Assembly: GCA_963422365.1 (NCBI GenBank)
Contig: OY729426.1
Coordinates: forward strand, 2,048,001 to 2,112,000
Direction: 5' to 3'
DNA: 64,000 nt
DNA from: Nitrospirales bacterium
GTDB taxonomy: Bacteria; Nitrospirota; Nitrospiria; Nitrospirales; UBA8639
Position 1 is the first letter of the stretch, and every line of letters begins with the position of its first letter. The position numbers were made by a program, and so were the translations under genes. The notes beneath the pieces are model-generated. The model was given only the letters and a program-made list of their open reading frames with translations, searched no databases and had not been told where the DNA came from. Positions 60,780 to 64,000 of this stretch are shown in pieces.

Positions 60780-61856
60780 TTAAGGGGTGCCCACATGCAT
60801 GGTCGATTGTTTTGCCAAGGTTTCCGCCAAGTCGTACAACAGGGTTTCCGTGTCTTCCCAACCGATGCAGGCATCGGTGATCGAGACCCCATATTCCAAT
60901 GGTTTGTCTATCCTCCAGGATTGCTTGCCTGGCTTCAGATTGCTTTCCAGCAACAGCCCTAGGATGCATCGTTGCCCTTCGCAATATTGTTTCAACACGG
61001 AATGGGCGACTGGAATTTGACGCGTGTGATCCTTGTCCGAATTCCCATGTGAGCAATCAACCATAATGGGTCTCGTGATTTCCTCATCTACCAACCCGTC
61101 TCGGGCTTGAAGAATATGTTCTCGGCTGTAGTTTGTTTTTCCACCGCCACCGCGTAACACGATGTGTCGATCGGGGTTGCCATTGGTCTTAATCACGGAG
61201 TTGACGCCATCGATGCTAATCCCGACAAAACTCTGCGGTTGTCGCGCTGCCACCATGGCATTGAGTGCGACTTGCAAGCTGCCATCCGTTCCGTTTTTGA
61301 AGCCGACGGGCATGGATAGCCCACTGGCCATTTCTCGATGGGTCTGACTCTCGGTGGTGCGTGCGCCGATGGCTGACCAACTGATGAGGTCGGAAAGATA
61401 TTGGGGAGTGACCGGGTCAAGCGATTCGGTGGCGCAGGGCACACTGTGATCATTCAGGTTCAGGAGAATGGTGCGGGCCTGCTGAAATCCTTCGGCAATG
61501 TCACAACTGCCGTCCAGATGAGGATCGTTGATAAGTCCTTTCCATCCGACCGTGGTTCGCGGCTTTTCAAAGTAGGTACGCATGACGATCAACAGATGTT
61601 CTTGGGTGGCTTCACTCACTTTTTTGAGTGAGGACCCGTAGGCATAGGCCACTTCATGGTCATGAATGGAGCACGGCCCGACGACCACGAGGAGCCGATG
61701 TTGGTCTCGTCCATAGAGGATATCCCTGATGGCCTGACGGGTTTGAAGGACCGTGGCTTCTGCGGCTGAGGTGATCGGAAGTTGTTCTTTGATCTGCCGC
61801 GGGGTCACCAGTTCTTTGATTTCAATGACATGTCGATTATTGAGAGGCTCTTTCAT
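60780..61856 (-). CDS. DAHP synthase, class I alpha (AroF/G/H type)
   Basis: GPCSIHD, YFEKPRTTVGWKG, IGARTTESQTHR, DCSHGNS, SITDACIGW; start at ATG 61856. Confidence 0.95.
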   Translation of the reverse strand: MKEPLNNRHVIEIKELVTPRQIKEQLPITSAAEATVLQTRQAIRDILYGRDQHRLLVVVGPCSIHDHEVAYAYGSSLKKVSEATQEHLLIVMRTYFEKPRTTVGWKGLINDPHLDGSCDIAEGFQQARTILLNLNDHSVPCATESLDPVTPQYLSDLISWSAIGARTTESQTHREMASGLSMPVGFKNGTDGSLQVALNAMVAARQPQSFVGISIDGVNSVIKTNGNPDRHIVLRGGGGKTNYSREHILQARDGLVDEEITRPIMVDCSHGNSDKDHTRQIPVAHSVLKQYCEGQRCILGLLLESNLKPGKQSWRIDKPLEYGVSITDACIGWEDTETLLYDLAETLAKQSTMHVGTP

Positions 61857-62212
61857 GAAAACGACCTTCCTGAGAAATGTGAGGGCTCTCAGGTACCCCA
61901 AAAATGAATACCGCTTGAGGCCTCACCTTCTTTTTTATGCGACCTCAAGGGTCGAAGGATATCGTACAATTGCGTGCATAGCTTAATGGAAATGAAAATT
62001 CACTGCAAGAGAGAGGGGCATAAAGAAAACGGAATGGTCATGATGCTCCGTGGGTTGACGGCTTGGGGCGTTCCGATGGGATGGCGTTGGTGGATGTCGT
62101 GCGTTGTGCGCAGTTGGCGAAGCTCTCAGCTTCCTATACTGTTATACGATGAGAGGGGCATGAAAAATGACAATGGCGATCCCAAGAGGACTGGACTGCA
62201 GAAGGGGCAGGA

Positions 62213-63133
62213 GTGCGTTTGACGAATCGACCGCGTGAACTCTTTGTTCCTGCCAGACTCACCAACGTGTATACGTATGACCCAGGCGAAGTGCGGAAGG
62301 TCGCATTCACGTTGCCGGAGACCGTCGACATCGATGGGCGGGCCGTCCTGGTTCGTGATCGTATGCGTCCCGGGTCGGCGTTTTTGGCTAAACCGTTTGG
62401 TGCCCGGACGCAAAAGTATCGTCGTAGAATGTATACCCGATCCAATTGTTCTGATGACTCCCCCCGTGTGCTGGAAACGATTATCAATGATACTCATCAT
62501 GAGAAAGCTGATACTTCTCCCTGGTGGCAAACCGAAGATCTTGTGCAGCATTACCGCACAGGTGGCTCAATCGATGTGCGTGTGGATTATGATGAAACCC
62601 ATTCGGAACTGGTGGTGTATCAAAACAGTCATGCGGTCGAACGTACCAACCTGGTTTTGGAATCAGATCAGGAATGGCGTTCCATGCGGATCGTGGCGTT
62701 GGCGCTTTCAACGGGCATTACGCCATTTTTGTCGTATCTTCGGTACATGAAGGCCAAAGCGTTCGGAGTCCTGGACGGAACAAAGGGAGGGCATTTCAGC
62801 CTTATCGTGAGTGTCAAAACCCCTCGTCAATTGATGGAGCATCAGGCATTGCTGGATCTGGCCCATGAGTCTCCTCAACACTTTTCGTATCATCCCGTGC
62901 TAACTAGGGAATGGCCGGAGGATTGGTCGCATATAAAAAGGCGAATCATTCAAGTCCAGACGAACGGAGGACAAGAAGAGCGCGTAAACCTTGCTCCGTT
63001 CATTGCGCTAGAACCAAACCTTCAGCAGTGTCATATTCGGTTTTGTGGAAATGCACTGACGCGGGATCAACTTGTTTTGGGGTTGGAGCAGGCGCAATTG
63101 GCTCCGCTCAGTTTTCGAGCTGAAGTGTGGTGA
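62213..63133 (+). CDS. Divergent ferredoxin-NADP reductase (FNR)-like flavoprotein
   Basis: RMYTRSN, STGITPF, YHPVLTRE, FCGN, terminal AEVW. Confidence 0.65.
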   Translation: MRLTNRPRELFVPARLTNVYTYDPGEVRKVAFTLPETVDIDGRAVLVRDRMRPGSAFLAKPFGARTQKYRRRMYTRSNCSDDSPRVLETIINDTHHEKADTSPWWQTEDLVQHYRTGGSIDVRVDYDETHSELVVYQNSHAVERTNLVLESDQEWRSMRIVALALSTGITPFLSYLRYMKAKAFGVLDGTKGGHFSLIVSVKTPRQLMEHQALLDLAHESPQHFSYHPVLTREWPEDWSHIKRRIIQVQTNGGQEERVNLAPFIALEPNLQQCHIRFCGNALTRDQLVLGLEQAQLAPLSFRAEVW

Positions 63134-63227
63134 CGATCTTTCTCGCGACAGTGGCGGCTCAGGTCTCAGAATAACCGGGAATTAAACACTGTAGGGCAGC
63201 ATCCCTGTTCGGGGACGAGGATATGAC

Positions 63228-63782
63228 TTATGCCGCCAAGAGAGGCCGCTTGGAAGAAAGCGCCATGAGCCTGCCCTCGATGTTTGTAATCGGGGATCGC
63301 AACCTACAATTCCATCTGTCATGAGGAGAGGGAAGAGCGGCTTGCTTGGGGGTGAGTGGAGGATAGAACGTGACCCGATGAGCTTCGATATTGTTAAACA
63401 ACCTGTGGCCATTGGCCTCTCGTTCTTGCCAAAAGATACCCTGAACCTCGACGATTCGCCCAGTGGTCATCTGGATGTCCCCTAAGGTTCGATCGTGTCG
63501 CCCAAAGACCAGAACGCGGTCATTTCCTCTCTTGAGGTAGAAGATAAAATTGATGAAATGTTTCGAGTCGTCGAGGTGAAGTTCCAGCCGTGTGACGGTT
63601 CCTCGGATTCGAATTTGCTTTTGATGGTATTGGCTGGGGGACTGAAGCAGTTGCGCGATGGCGACTGATTCAATAAATTGTTTATTTTCAATAGATTGTG
63701 CTGATAAGCAAGAGATGAGGTGGCTGGGGATAAATTGTCCTGACAGACCTAAGACTATGAGCCCCCACCAGACGATACGCAT
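63228..63782 (-). CDS. Exported OB-fold protein (tentative)
   Basis: Signal-like N-terminus; LLQSPSQYHQKQIRIRGTV...GRIVEVQGIF. Confidence 0.6.
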   Translation of the reverse strand: MRIVWWGLIVLGLSGQFIPSHLISCLSAQSIENKQFIESVAIAQLLQSPSQYHQKQIRIRGTVTRLELHLDDSKHFINFIFYLKRGNDRVLVFGRHDRTLGDIQMTTGRIVEVQGIFWQEREANGHRLFNNIEAHRVTFYPPLTPKQAALPSPHDRWNCRLRSPITNIEGRLMALSSKRPLLAA

Positions 63783-64000
63783 ATTTTACCCTGCCTTCAC
63801 GGATTGGACTCACTGTCTCATGTATTCTTCCCCAGAGCAAGATCAGGATATCTTGAAGGAAGTGGGTTGGTGTATAGAGTAAAAGCAGGAGTTCGAATTT
63901 TCCCTTACATAACACAAAGTTGATAGAGTATTCCTATGACACGGCAACAACGGTATCAGCAGCGTCACAAGGAAGCCGGCCTGTGCATTGATTGTCCCAG

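Overview
Bacterial chromosomal window. Gene content and order (DUF507 pair, gatC-panD-gatA-DUF948-YtxH-gatB, two tatC) suggest Nitrospirota, and the adhesin type plus patchy gene decay suggest a host-associated lineage; both are inference. The intact backbone carries Mo-cofactor/Fe-S/Tat genes, degQ, tRNA-Thr(UGU), tsaB/rimI, radA, ribE, recO-mgtE-era, eno, gatCAB, radC, rsmD-coaD-aspC and a DAHP synthase. Two accessory zones interrupt it. The first (~18.5-25.3 kb) is a layered patch of pseudogenes: an MFS gene split by a lipoprotein pair, an AAA-DUF4143 ATPase, TraT, and a two-gene cassette between 38-bp direct repeats. The second (~44.4-59.7 kb) holds a GC-rich 4375-aa autotransporter adhesin with about 31 Calx-beta/Ig-like repeats, a 3699-bp tandem duplication, a shuffled 333-bp array, a poly-C tract in its leader, and an adjacent collapsed paralog. 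The most unusual backbone element is a Ski2/HelY-like helicase encoded as two coupled genes in reversed domain order. All calls come from motif reading only; no database searches were run.
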